Source of the DNA: Nitrosopumilaceae archaeon
GTDB taxonomy: Archaea; Thermoproteota; Nitrososphaeria; Nitrososphaerales; Nitrosopumilaceae
NCBI GenBank assembly: GCA_965203465.1
Contig: CBDBCR010000003.1
Location: forward strand, 256,001 to 320,000
Reading direction: 5' to 3'
Length of the DNA: 64,000 nucleotides
The notes under the pieces are model-generated. The model was not told the DNA's origin and did not search any database. It saw only the letters and a list, made by a program, of their open reading frames with translations. This document shows, piece by piece, positions 50,680-60,578 of this stretch. Within the stretch, counting starts at the first letter, position 1; every line of letters starts with the position of its first letter. The translations under genes were made by a program, and so were the position numbers.

Positions 50680-51325
50680 GCCCGAGGTGACAGTCTGCGC
50701 GGCCGTCTCCATAGACGGCCGCATAGCTTCTGCGTCGGGCGACTCGCGCCTTTCGTCGGGGGCCGACCTGGACAGGCTGCACCGGCTGCGCGCGAGCTCC
50801 GACGCGGTCATGGTCGGCGCCAACACGGCGCGCCTCGACGATCCGCGGCTCACCGTGAGGAGGGCCGGCGGGCGCAGCCCGCTCAGGGTGGTGGTGGATT
50901 CGGCCGGGGCCGTGCCGCCCGGCTCGCACCTGATCCGGACAGCCCGGGACGTCCCCACGCTGGTGGCGGTCTCGCGCTCGGCGCCGCCCGACGCGGAGGC
51001 GCGCCTGTCGCCAGCCGAGGTGGTGCGCGTCGGCGAAGGCCGCGTGGACTTGCGCGGGCTGCTGGAGACGCTCCACGCGAGGGGCGTGCGGTCGGTCCTC
51101 GCCGAGGGCGGCGGCCGCCTCAACTGGGAGCTGGTGCGTCTGGGCCTGTGCGACGCGCTGCAGGTGACCGTCTGCCCCGTCGTGCTCGGCGGCGGCACGT
51201 CGCTTGCGGAGGGCGCCGGCGCTGCCGGCCCCGGATCGGCGCCGGGCATGTCTCTCGAAAAAGTATGGAGGGACGGCAACGAGGTCGTCCTGAGGTACTC
51301 TAGAACTGGCGCATGTCGGCCCTGA
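50666..51325 (+). CDS. Pyrimidine reductase of riboflavin synthesis (RibD C-terminal/Rib7 type)
   Basis: SIDGRIA, DAVMVGANT..DDPRL, EGGG motifs. Confidence 0.88.
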   Translation: MARSRPEVTVCAAVSIDGRIASASGDSRLSSGADLDRLHRLRASSDAVMVGANTARLDDPRLTVRRAGGRSPLRVVVDSAGAVPPGSHLIRTARDVPTLVAVSRSAPPDAEARLSPAEVVRVGEGRVDLRGLLETLHARGVRSVLAEGGGRLNWELVRLGLCDALQVTVCPVVLGGGTSLAEGAGAAGPGSAPGMSLEKVWRDGNEVVLRYSRTGACRP

Positions 51326-51812
51326 TCTCGGCTATCTTTTTCTGGTAGGCGCGCTTTGAGCGGTCGTTCTTTTTTGCGTTGAGCACCCTGCCGCACGAGT
51401 CGCACTTGAACATGTTCTCCAGGGCCGCCTCGAAGGTGACGCGCGGGCAGTCGCGGTTGCCGCAGTGGTAGAACTCGGACGACTCTTCGTAGTCCAGGCG
51501 CTGCTGGAGCCGGTCGGCGATCTTTTTCTTTTGGTTTTCTATGAACGTCTCCACCTCGTCGCCGCGCGTCCTCCACCTGTACACGAACCAGCCCTTGCGC
51601 TCGTCCTTGACCCGTATGCCGGTGATGAGCGACTTGCCGAACAGGTCGTAGAGCACCTTGCGGACCATGTTTATGCGCAGGCCCGTAGAGCTTGCGATCT
51701 CCTCGTCGGTGGCGTCCTCCGCCTTCAGCAGGGAGCGGGCCACCTTGAGGTACTCGTCGCCGCCGATCATGGACGATATGCGGACGAACGGATCGTCGTA
51801 CTTGTCAACCAA
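51300..51812 (-). CDS. tfe: Transcription factor E alpha
   Basis: TDEEIA, VRKVLYDL, GWFVYRW and a C-terminal Zn ribbon. Confidence 0.92.
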   Translation of the reverse strand: MVDKYDDPFVRISSMIGGDEYLKVARSLLKAEDATDEEIASSTGLRINMVRKVLYDLFGKSLITGIRVKDERKGWFVYRWRTRGDEVETFIENQKKKIADRLQQRLDYEESSEFYHCGNRDCPRVTFEAALENMFKCDSCGRVLNAKKNDRSKRAYQKKIAEIRADMRQF

Positions 51813-51963
51813 CCTTCCCGTGGGCCGAGCGGCCGCTATTAATCCGTTGCCGGGCCGGGCCGGTAAGCGGCCAAGTCGGGGGATGGCCCGGTCGTGAAAA
51901 AGTAATGCGCGTGGATCGGGCCGTGCCCAAACGCAAGCCCGGCTTGGCCGGTTACCCGCGCCG

Positions 51964-52485
51964 CTAGGCCATGTCCACCCGCTTGCCGCGCGCGCTGGGC
52001 ACTATCCTGCGGCGCGCCCCGGCAAACTCCATGCCGAACTGCCCGCCGCCCTGGAGCCTGTCGAGGAACACGGCGAGCGCGGCTATCTCCGAGTGCGGCT
52101 GCCCGGTCACCGACACGTTGTACTTTGACTCCTCGTACAGCTCGCGGGGCACCTTGCCGGCCCCGATGACGGCCAGCACCCCGCGCTCCCGGCGTATCTC
52201 CCCGACCGCCTCGGAGACGGGCGTGCCGTACATCGTCAGGTGCACCGGCGAGAGGCCGGCGGCGCGCCTCTGCCGCAGCGTGGAGCGCCAGCTGTTCGTG
52301 CGGACCAGCTCAAAGCCGCCGCCCCACGATTCGCGCACCGAGCCGAGCGTGCCGTCCAGGTCGTCCCCCGCCCAGTCCATGTGTATGCGCGAGGCGCCGA
52401 ACGCGCGCGCCACGAGCGCCGCGTGCGTGGTCACCCGGTCGTCGCGCACCAGCCTGCCGCCCACGCGCAGCACCTCTATTTCCAG
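51964..52485 (-). CDS. tRNA (cytidine-56-2'-O)-methyltransferase aTrm56
   Basis: [31 protein letters not shown] motifs. Confidence 0.9.
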   Translation of the reverse strand: MEIEVLRVGGRLVRDDRVTTHAALVARAFGASRIHMDWAGDDLDGTLGSVRESWGGGFELVRTNSWRSTLRQRRAAGLSPVHLTMYGTPVSEAVGEIRRERGVLAVIGAGKVPRELYEESKYNVSVTGQPHSEIAALAVFLDRLQGGGQFGMEFAGARRRIVPSARGKRVDMA

Positions 52486-53546
52486 CCCGCGTCACCCGGC
52501 CCGGCGGCCCCCGCTATCTGCCCGGCCAGGCCCTCCACCCGGCCGGAGCGCGCAGAGACGGGCACGCCCCCCTCTATGCCCAGGGCGGCGGCGCGCTCCA
52601 GCGCCTCGCCGGCGCCCGTGATATCGGACTTGTTGAGCGCGTACACCAGCCTGCCCTTTTCGACCCCGAGCGAGCCGAGCGTGCGCGAGCAGCTGCGGAA
52701 CTTTTTGCGCAGCAGCTCCGGCGGATCGCTGACGTCTATCACCACCACCACCGCGGCCGAGTGGACCAGCTCCTCGAGCGTCGAGCGGAACGCGTCCACC
52801 ATGTACGCGGGCAGGCCGCTGATGAAGCCGACCGTGTCCGAGAGCAGGAACGTCTCGCCTCCCGCATGCAGGCGCCTCATCGTGGTCGAAAGCGTCGTGA
52901 ACAGGCCCGGCGACTCGGGGCGCGACTCGCCGGTCAGCGCGTTGAACAGGGTGGTCTTGCCCGCCGACGTGTACCCCGCCAGCGAGACGGTCCTGAACCC
53001 CTGCCGCGCCCTCGACTGGCGGTGGAGCTCGCGCTGCTTGCCGGCCTTTGCCAGCTTGCGCGAGACCGCCTGCATGCGGTGCCGTATGTCGTCGCGGTAC
53101 GCGTCGGCCTCGAACTTGCCTATCCCCATGAACCCGGGCTGCTCGCCCATCTTGGAGAGCCTGACCTTTTCGCGCGCGCGGGCCATCTCGTAGCGCATCT
53201 TGCCGAGGCGCACCTGCAGCTTTGACTCGGCGCTCGAGGCGCGCCCCTCGAATATCTCGAGTATCAGGGATTCGCGGTCGAGTATGTTGCGGCGCAGGCG
53301 CGAGGCCAAGTTGTAGTTCTGGCTGGGCCGGAGCACCTCGTCGTAGACGATGACGTCCGGCTCGAGGCGCCGGGCCGAGTCCTCCAGCCTGCGCACCGTC
53401 TCCTCGCCTATGCCGTACTTTGGGCGGTCCAGGTACTCCTGCCTGATTATGGAGTCGACCCGGTAGCCGGCCGCGCGGCACAGCGAGACGGCCTCGTCCA
53501 CGGCGTCCCTGCGGCCGTACGTTATCAGTATGGCAGAGCCGGGCAA
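52476..53546 (-). CDS. hflX: GTPase HflX
   Basis: [29 protein letters not shown] motifs. Confidence 0.93.
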   Translation of the reverse strand: MPGSAILITYGRRDAVDEAVSLCRAAGYRVDSIIRQEYLDRPKYGIGEETVRRLEDSARRLEPDVIVYDEVLRPSQNYNLASRLRRNILDRESLILEIFEGRASSAESKLQVRLGKMRYEMARAREKVRLSKMGEQPGFMGIGKFEADAYRDDIRHRMQAVSRKLAKAGKQRELHRQSRARQGFRTVSLAGYTSAGKTTLFNALTGESRPESPGLFTTLSTTMRRLHAGGETFLLSDTVGFISGLPAYMVDAFRSTLEELVHSAAVVVVIDVSDPPELLRKKFRSCSRTLGSLGVEKGRLVYALNKSDITGAGEALERAAALGIEGGVPVSARSGRVEGLAGQIAGAAGPGDAGWK

Positions 53547-53549
53547 CGC

Positions 53550-54602
53550 TCACCTCGGGGGCCTGCCGCCCTTTAGCAGCGCCTTTTCTATGTTGAGGTT
53601 TATGGCTATCTCGGCGATGTCGCTGGCGTACTCTGATATGCGCCGCAGGTTGCCCGACATGCGCCGCGCCCGGAACACCGTCTCCTCGTCGCGCGCGCGC
53701 AGGTCGGCCACGCGCTTTTCGTGGCGCGAGATCTCGAGGCACCGCAGTATCGTGCGCTCGGCCTGCACGTAGTCCTCCTTGAACAGGGCGAGGCACGCCT
53801 CGTCGAGCACCTCGATGGAGAACGCGCTCATCTTCTGCAGCGCGGCGAACGCGTCGGGCCGCACGCCCTCGCCGAACTCCACGAGGTCGCGCGCTATGAG
53901 CGCGGCGTGGTCGGCGGCCCGCTCTATGCTCTTTGCCACGATGCGGTACCCCAGGCAGTGGCGCGCGTCGCGCAGGCCCATCTCCTCCATCATGTGCTCG
54001 TTCTGCACTGCTATCTTGATCTGCCGGATGATGTAGAACCCGAACCTGTCGACCTCGTCGTCGGTGTTGACGACCTCCTCTGCCAGGTCGGCGTTGGACT
54101 CTTTTACGGAGAGCATCGCGTCGGTCAGCATGGTGCGCGCGAGGTGCAGCATCCGCTTGAGGGCCCCCTCGACCGACAGATCCATCAGGTTGACCAGCAC
54201 CTGCACGGTGATGCCGGCGCTCGAGTCCGATATTATCTCCGAGCCCATCAGCATGCGCTTGACGGACCCCTTGACGGCGGCGCGCTGCTGCGGCCCGAGC
54301 CTGCCGCCGCGCGGCACCACGTGTATCATCCTGAACCCCAGAAAGTACAGCGAGATGAGCTTGCGCACGACGGTCTGGATCTGCTCGTCGGGCGAGATCT
54401 CGACGTAGGCGTCGTCCTTGTGGCGCGCAGAGGCCCTGTGCTTCACCGGCGTGACGTGCAGGCCGGCAGCGCCGCGCCTCTGCATCGCCAGCTGGTCGCC
54501 CTGGCGCAGGCCGAGGTCGGTCACCCACCGCTTGGGGAGCGAGACGATGTACGAGGACTTGCCGGTGAACTGTATCTTGCGTGTCTCCTCGCGCTCCTCC
54601 AC
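53550..54602 (-). CDS. AbrB-PhoU phosphate uptake regulator
   Basis: N-terminal RKIQFTGKSSYIVSLPK AbrB domain; PhoU motifs DDEVDR and IERAADHA. Confidence 0.88.
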   Translation of the reverse strand: MEEREETRKIQFTGKSSYIVSLPKRWVTDLGLRQGDQLAMQRRGAAGLHVTPVKHRASARHKDDAYVEISPDEQIQTVVRKLISLYFLGFRMIHVVPRGGRLGPQQRAAVKGSVKRMLMGSEIISDSSAGITVQVLVNLMDLSVEGALKRMLHLARTMLTDAMLSVKESNADLAEEVVNTDDEVDRFGFYIIRQIKIAVQNEHMMEEMGLRDARHCLGYRIVAKSIERAADHAALIARDLVEFGEGVRPDAFAALQKMSAFSIEVLDEACLALFKEDYVQAERTILRCLEISRHEKRVADLRARDEETVFRARRMSGNLRRISEYASDIAEIAINLNIEKALLKGGRPPR

Positions 54603-54653
54603 GGCCCGGGCGCGCGTGCATACTATATAGAGCATGGCGCGCGGCCAAGACGG

Positions 54654-55121
54654 GTGGATCCGCGCACAAAGCTGGAACGCACGGTAGACGCCCTGTTCGG
54701 CGCGGGCGTCTCGGCCGCGCTGCCCCCGGAGCTGGACATGACGTTCTCCTCCAACGGCAGGCTCCGCGGCGTCTCGGACGCCTCGGGGCCGCTCGCGACG
54801 CTGCGCATAGACGGCGGGCTGGCCGTCTCGGTCAGGCTGGCGCAGATGCTCCGCGGCGCCGAGGCCTTTTCGGGCAACTGCCTCGGCGTCTCTGACGAGG
54901 CCGGCCCGTTCGCCGAAAAGGGGTACTCTGTGTTCGCAAAGCACGTGATCTGGTGCGGCCGGAACATACGGCCCGGCTCCGAGGCGGCCGTGATCTACGG
55001 CGGCAGGGTCGCCGCGGTCGGCAGGGCCGCGATCCCCGCCCGGATGATGGGGGCCCCGAGGGGCGTGGCCGTGCGGGTCAGGGATAGCTTAAAAACGAAG
55101 GACGGGCGGGACAGGGCATGA
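54654..55121 (+). CDS. PUA-domain protein (archaeosine TGT C-terminal-like)
   Basis: SVFAKHV, IRPG, GVAVRVR motifs. Confidence 0.82.
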   Translation: MDPRTKLERTVDALFGAGVSAALPPELDMTFSSNGRLRGVSDASGPLATLRIDGGLAVSVRLAQMLRGAEAFSGNCLGVSDEAGPFAEKGYSVFAKHVIWCGRNIRPGSEAAVIYGGRVAAVGRAAIPARMMGAPRGVAVRVRDSLKTKDGRDRA

Positions 55122-55462
55122 TGCGTGGGGGCAACCGCCAGATGCGCAGGATGATGGACAAGATGAGCGCCAACATGAAGGAGATAGAGGGCGTAAAGGA
55201 GGTCATAATCAGGACCGCGAAAAAAGAGATCGTCATACCGGAGCCGTCCGTCCAAGAGATCGCCGGCACCCCCGACGCGTGCGTCTTTGCGGTGACGGGC
55301 AAGGACTACGAGGAGGTCGAGCGCGACGTAATCGACTTTCCCGACGAGGACGTGGATCTCGTGTGCGCGCAGACCGGCGCGGACAGGCAGAAGGCCGTCG
55401 AGGCCCTCTCCGAGACGCGCGGCGACCTGGCCCAAGCCATACTCATGCTAAAGACCGGCTAG
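55118..55462 (+). CDS. nac: Nascent polypeptide-associated complex protein
   Basis: MRRMMDKM, EVII and C-terminal UBA-like EDVDLV...GDLAQAI. Confidence 0.92.
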   Translation: MMRGGNRQMRRMMDKMSANMKEIEGVKEVIIRTAKKEIVIPEPSVQEIAGTPDACVFAVTGKDYEEVERDVIDFPDEDVDLVCAQTGADRQKAVEALSETRGDLAQAILMLKTG

Positions 55463-56294
55463 CGGGCGCGCGTTCCGGCGGCCGGTTTGGCGAGTCGCGG
55501 ACGCGCGCAAGGATCCACCAGGTTCTCAACGCCGAGAGCGGCTTTGCGAATCTTGGCCCTCCTGGAATTTCCGGGCGCAAGCCACCCGACAGCGCGTCCG
55601 GCCGCTTCGCCTTGTAGAAGACAAGAGATCGGGGAGCTAAAACCAGAATTGGCCGGCGCCGCGGATCTGGGGCGCCCGGTTTGGCTCCGGAGGCGATCTC
55701 GCCCGAGCACGTACCCGACGCCATCGCGTCGCGCGATTCTGACGAAAGCGTTTTCTTGTGCAGGGGAGCGGCTGGCGGATCCGAAGGGCGGCCGGGCGCG
55801 CGGTCTTGCGCCCGGTTCGCGCGTCTTGGAAAGAAACGGCGGCCGACCGGAGCGCCGCAAAAGAGTCGAGGCTTGTGCGCCGATACGGGAGCGCGTCGAT
55901 CCGCCGCGGGCCTGCGCGGAGCGGCGTCCGGCCCCGAAAGACGCGGGCTTCTGCAAAAAGCCGCCGCGCGCGGGATGAGTCCGGCAGGCCCATCCGCGGC
56001 GTTGATCGCGGCCGCAAGAGCCCCGGAACGGGCCTGCCGGCGGCTGGTGGCGCCCCGGCTGCGCCCGGCGCCGCGCAGTTCTCCAACGCCGTCGGCCCGG
56101 CTGCGCATAGCCGCGTGCGCCGTACGCGGCAGAACCGCCGCGGGCCGAGATCCCCGAGCCGCGGCCCTGTCTGCGCGCCGCCTAGCCGGCGCAGGCGGGC
56201 GCCGGGCGCGGGCAGGGGGTACTGTTGCGAATTCGTGGGGTAGCCCCCGGCTAGGGCGCGGAGCCGGGTTAGGCATATATCGAATCCAGAAAGC

Positions 56295-56384
56295 CGCCAA
56301 GCGCGGGATTCGAACCCGCGAAAGGCTTTCGAGACCTTGCCGCCAGTCAGGGCGGTGCCCATCCAAGCGTGCAGGCGCGCCGGC
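56295..56384 (-). ncRNA. tRNA-like (Ser/Leu-class) element, non-canonical
   Basis: Perfect T-arm GCGGG-TTCGAAT-CCCGC, long variable arm, stem CCGCC/GGCGG with 6-nt loop CTGACT, imperfect acceptor stem. Confidence 0.5.
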
Positions 56385-56414
56385 CGGAACTGGCCGGGCG
56401 CGGCCTGCGCGATC

Positions 56415-57317
56415 TTAGACCCGCTTCCCCGTCTGGGCGAGGTACCGGCTCCCGTTCTGGATCATAGTCCGCCACTTGTCGGCCCCCTCGATGAAGATCC
56501 CGGCTTCCTCGCCGGGCGTCCGCTTCAAGGTCTGGTGCTTGCGGGCGTGGTTGTAATTCACGCGGATGCCGCAGAACTCGCGGGTGTGCTTGCCTTGCAG
56601 GCCCCTGAACGTCTTTTCCCTGTCCCGTATCGTACCGTTGAGCCGTTCCATGCGGTTGTTGTTGTCCTTGCCCTTGCGGACGCCGGTGATGTGTATTTCC
56701 CGCACGTGCTCCGTCAACGGCAATACCTCCTCGGCGGCCACCCGGTACGAGTTCAATCCGTCGGTTATCATCCTGGCCGGTATCTTGCCTGTTTGCTCCA
56801 GCGTATCCTGAAACAGCTTGGTCGCGTCGTGGCCCTCCTTGCGGTCGGCCAGGTCCGAGGCCAGCCAATATCTGGTATCGTTGTCCATCGAAGAGAAAAG
56901 ATACATGAGGTCGCCGGCCACCTTTACGTAGAGCTCGTCGGCGCGGTAGTCGCTGCCTGTCTCGGGCTTTTGCCTGTCCATGTAGGCGGCCGCCACGGGG
57001 CCGTATCTTTCCACCCACCTGAATACCGCAGACCTGTCGATCTTGAGCCCCCGCGCCTCCAGGTTCTCGGCAATCTTGCCCACCGAGAGGCCGGAAAAGT
57101 GGAGCCGCAGGCATTCGGTGATCACGGCCCGCGAGTACCGCCTGTACCTGAACCCGAACCGGGCCGAAAACACCCGGTTGCATTCGCGGCACTTCATCAG
57201 TTGCGTGATACCGGACTTGTTCTGCCGTATGCCGTTCTTGTAGATGTGCCTGGAATTGCAGTACTTGCACTTTGTCGGCGTGTCGAAATTCTTTACCGTC
57301 TTTACGTATCTCTGCAT
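56415..57317 (-). CDS. IS6-family DDE transposase with N-terminal Zn finger
   Basis: CKYC...CREC, AVFRWVERY, ADELYVKV, ITDG, NNRMERLN motifs. Confidence 0.9.
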   Translation of the reverse strand: MQRYVKTVKNFDTPTKCKYCNSRHIYKNGIRQNKSGITQLMKCRECNRVFSARFGFRYRRYSRAVITECLRLHFSGLSVGKIAENLEARGLKIDRSAVFRWVERYGPVAAAYMDRQKPETGSDYRADELYVKVAGDLMYLFSSMDNDTRYWLASDLADRKEGHDATKLFQDTLEQTGKIPARMITDGLNSYRVAAEEVLPLTEHVREIHITGVRKGKDNNNRMERLNGTIRDREKTFRGLQGKHTREFCGIRVNYNHARKHQTLKRTPGEEAGIFIEGADKWRTMIQNGSRYLAQTGKRV

Positions 57318-57353
57318 GCCCCTGGGTACGGGCCGTGGTAATAAAAACATTGC

Positions 57354-57409
57354 CAAGTAAATTGCCATGTGGAAAACGGGTCAAATTCATAAAGAGGTCA
57401 ATTTACTTG
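57354..57409. promoter_or_regulatory. 11-bp inverted repeat between divergent transposase and AbrB-like genes
   Basis: CAAGTAAATTG (57354-57364) and CAATTTACTTG (57399-57409). Confidence 0.55.
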
Positions 57410-57414
57410 CCTGT

Positions 57415-57597
57415 ATGAAAATAGGAACCAACGTGACCTCGCTCTCGCTGGCCGTCGAAAAGAGCTCCACGCTGCGCACGACCGTGCCGGCCGCGGTGGC
57501 CGACAAGCTCGGCCTCAAAAAGGGCGATCGCGTAAAGTGGGATTTCGACAAGGTGGACGGCGAGTGGTTCGCCACGGTCAGGAAGCGGCCGGAATGA
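57415..57597 (+). CDS. AbrB/MazE-fold DNA-binding protein
   Basis: LRTTVPAAVADKLGLKKGDRVKW signature. Confidence 0.8.
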   Translation: MKIGTNVTSLSLAVEKSSTLRTTVPAAVADKLGLKKGDRVKWDFDKVDGEWFATVRKRPE

Positions 57598-57680
57598 GCC
57601 TCAAGATAGCCCTGACCTTGATTTTCGTGGCGGGTGCGGGCCTTGCGCTGGTATCAGGCGTGATCGCGGCCATGCCGTGA
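57594..57680 (+). CDS. 28-aa hydrophobic peptide
   Basis: MSLKIALTLIFVAGAGLALVSGVIAAMP; ATGA overlap with the AbrB-like stop. Confidence 0.5.
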   Translation: MSLKIALTLIFVAGAGLALVSGVIAAMP

Positions 57681-57793
57681 ACGCCGTTATCTTGAAAGTG
57701 TTATAATTGTTAATAACGCTTGGCCACACTTAATAACGACTCAGTGCCCGCCCGCGCCGTGCTCCCGGAGGGTCGGGCTGTGAGGGCGGCCGA

Positions 57794-58802
57794 ATGTCCC
57801 TCTTAAAGCAGGCGCGCCGCCAAGTGCCGTTTTTGGACACGGTAAAGTGCGGCGACAGCGCCCAGATGCTCAGGTCGTTCCCCGACAATTCAGTCGATCT
57901 GGTGATCACGTCCCCGCCGTACTTCCAGCAGCGGGCGTACGGCTGGGGCGGAGCGGGTGAAGAGAAGCGCGTTGACGGGTACATAGACGCCGTCATGGAG
58001 GTATTCCAGCAGTGCGTCCGGATAACCAAGGACACGGGCAGCATAGTGTTCAACATGGGCGACAAGTACCTCAACGGCAGTCTGGCGCTGGTACCGTACA
58101 GGTTCGCCATAGAAGCAACCGACGGCGGGGGCGTCAAACTGGTGAACGACATCACGTGGGTGAAGTCCAACCCGACGCCTCGCCAGTTCCAGCGCAGGCT
58201 CGTGAGCAGCACGGAGCCGTTTTTCCACTTCGTGAAATCGGACGGCTATTTCTACAACATAGGCGCGTTCAAGGGGGGGGGGGGACGCGCGCGACGGCAA
58301 GCCGCCAAAAAACACGACGATCGGGGGCCGGTACAAGGATCTCGTCAAAAAGTCGGATCTGACGCCGCGCCAGAAGCGGCTCGCCCTGGCCGCGCTGGCC
58401 GAGACCGTCCAAGAGGTCAAGTCGGGCAAGATACACAGCTTCCGCATGAAAATACGGGGCATACACTCGCCGGCGTTCGGCGGCCAAGCCGGGGGCAGGC
58501 AGATCCAGATTGAGAAAAACGGATTCACCATAATCAAGCTGTCCGGCAAGTCGCTGGCCCGCGATGTCGTGGTTCACAAGGTCGAGAGCCTGAAGTGGAA
58601 CGACCACCCGGCCATATACCCAGAGAAAATAATACGCGACATGATAGAGCTGCTCACGCCCGAAGGCGCCGTAGTGATCGATCCGTATATGGGGAGCGGC
58701 ACGACCGGCGTGGCCGCCAAGACCGCCGGGCGCCGGTGGGCCGGGATAGACATCAACCCCGAATACTGCGAGGCGGCCAACAGGAGGATCGGCAAAGCGT
58801 GA
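57794..58802 (+). CDS. N4-cytosine/N6-adenine DNA methyltransferase (beta class), frameshifted at G12
   Basis: TSPPY in the first frame; HPAIYP and DPYMGSGTT in the +1 frame; G run at 58273-58284 at the junction. Confidence 0.88.
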
Positions 58803-59902
58803 ACGACGGCTTGGACACGTACAGGCAGAAACTGGAAGGCTGTCTGGAAAAGGCCAAGGACGGAGGCGCGCCGATCGACGACGAGACGGCCGGGATGGTG
58901 CGGATCGTCGTGGACAATTCCGGCAACGCCACGGGCGTCCTAGCCGTCACGCTCACGTCCCTGTTGAAAAAATCGATCGACCGGGGGCAGGATGTCCGCA
59001 TGCATCAATTCCAGATGCCGGGCGGCTATTCGGGGCGGGGGCTGGACAGCAAGGTCGTGACGCCGTGGCTGAAAAGGCACTATTTCCCGGCCATGCGTTC
59101 GGGCTCCGGCTGGCTCACGCGCTCGCTGGAGCAGGCCGTGCCGTACACGCTGGATTATCCCGGCAAGATCAACCCGCCGCCGGTCAAGGCGGCGTTTCTC
59201 GGGATTTTGGACGCGGTGCAGGACGGGGCTGATCCGGACGCGCTCATAGTATATTTCGCCGAGAGGCTGATCGAGAAACGGGAGCGGGAGCGCGTCGATC
59301 TCACGCTTCCGGCGGGCAGGCGCATAAACGACATAGTGGACATGCTCGGCAGGCATTTCACGGCCGACTACGGGGGCGCGCACGGGGCCGCCCGCCTGCC
59401 GGTGCTTGCCATATACGCGGCCTACGAGCAGATGATGGCAGAGTTGCGCCGCTACAAGGGGTGCGAGCTGAGGCCCATGCAGCACCACACGGCGGCAGAC
59501 GCCAAGACCGGCACCGTGGGGGACATAGAGGTCGAGGACGGGGGCGGCAGGCTGTTCGAGGCGCTGGAAATCAAGCACGGGCAGGCCATAACGCTGGCAA
59601 TGGTCGAGAACGCCTACGAGAAGTTCAGATCGGAGGGTATAAAACGGTATTACGTTCTCACCACGCACGAGGACTATCAAGGATCTGATGATATGACCGA
59701 CAAGATACTGGAAATCCACAGGAACACCGGGTGTCAGGTGATCGTCAACGGTGTCATGCATACGCTCAGGTACTACCTGAGGCTGCTTGACGACCCGACG
59801 GACTTTCTGCGCCGGTACGTCGACCAGCTCAACCAGGATCCCACGGTGCTGTACGAACACAAGTCCGAATGGAACAGGATAGCCGGAGGCGCGTTGGTAT
59901 GA
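58799..59902 (+). CDS. Putative type II restriction endonuclease (PD-(D/E)xK)
   Basis: GTGA overlap with the MTase stop; GDIEV...EALEIKH nuclease-like motif. Confidence 0.7.
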   Translation: MNDGLDTYRQKLEGCLEKAKDGGAPIDDETAGMVRIVVDNSGNATGVLAVTLTSLLKKSIDRGQDVRMHQFQMPGGYSGRGLDSKVVTPWLKRHYFPAMRSGSGWLTRSLEQAVPYTLDYPGKINPPPVKAAFLGILDAVQDGADPDALIVYFAERLIEKRERERVDLTLPAGRRINDIVDMLGRHFTADYGGAHGAARLPVLAIYAAYEQMMAELRRYKGCELRPMQHHTAADAKTGTVGDIEVEDGGGRLFEALEIKHGQAITLAMVENAYEKFRSEGIKRYYVLTTHEDYQGSDDMTDKILEIHRNTGCQVIVNGVMHTLRYYLRLLDDPTDFLRRYVDQLNQDPTVLYEHKSEWNRIAGGALV

Positions 59903-60126
59903 TGGTGGGCATATCCGAACTGATAAGAAACGTGTTCAGCGACGGCGAGATACACACGCTGGAGGAGGCGTATCTGGCGGTGCTGGCGAGGATGAAGGCG
60001 GCGGAGGTCGAAGTAAGCGACGGCACCGTGCGCCACCGCGTCAGGAGCCGGGTACATGGCCTACACAAAAGCGGCGCAATCAAGCGCGTCGGGCCGGCGG
60101 CTTACATACTCAACAAGGACGGGTAG
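59899..60126 (+). CDS. Small winged-helix-like protein
   Basis: HTLEEAY...TVRHRVRSRVHGLHKSGAIKRVGPAAY pattern; ATGA-like overlap with the upstream gene. Confidence 0.55.
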   Translation: MMVGISELIRNVFSDGEIHTLEEAYLAVLARMKAAEVEVSDGTVRHRVRSRVHGLHKSGAIKRVGPAAYILNKDG

Positions 60127-60356
60127 GCTGCCGCGCCGATGATCGGGGGCGCGAATTGGAAGCGGCACCGTCGCGCTTCTAGCACGTCGGTACGGGCGTC
60201 CCGGTTCCCGTGCGGGACTCGGGCAGGCGCGCGTCGGCCGGCCCGTGCTTCGTCATGTCCGTGAACGCCGGCCTCACCCTGCCGCCGACGGCCTTGAGCG
60301 TCCCAACGGCCTCTTCGAGGCCCACGCCGTACCAGTGCATCGGGCCGCGCGCCGCC

Positions 60357-60578
60357 CTACCAAAAAACCATGTCCGTCTTTATTTCATTGGATTCCGACC
60401 TTACCGTGACGCGGCGCTTCAGCTTGCCGTCTTTGCCGCGTTCGTACCTCCAGGCCGTCCCGTCGCCCCGGTGCACGGTGAGCGTCTTTACCGGCTCCCC
60501 GTCGTAGACGCGGCGGCGGAAAATCTGGAGGGGTGGCCGCCACTTCGCTTCCACTGCCGGCGATCGCCGAGCGCCCAT
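60357..60578 (-). CDS. Hypothetical protein (cargo)
   Basis: 73-aa ORF with TTAAA upstream, inside the right TIR. Confidence 0.4.
   Translation of the reverse strand: MGARRSPAVEAKWRPPLQIFRRRVYDGEPVKTLTVHRGDGTAWRYERGKDGKLKRRVTVRSESNEIKTDMVFW

Noticed and set aside
56295-56330. tRNA 3' fragment as an integrase att site
   Set aside because: It lies inside the TIR, there is no integrase, and it is not a direct repeat of the tRNA-Leu at 36575-36659.
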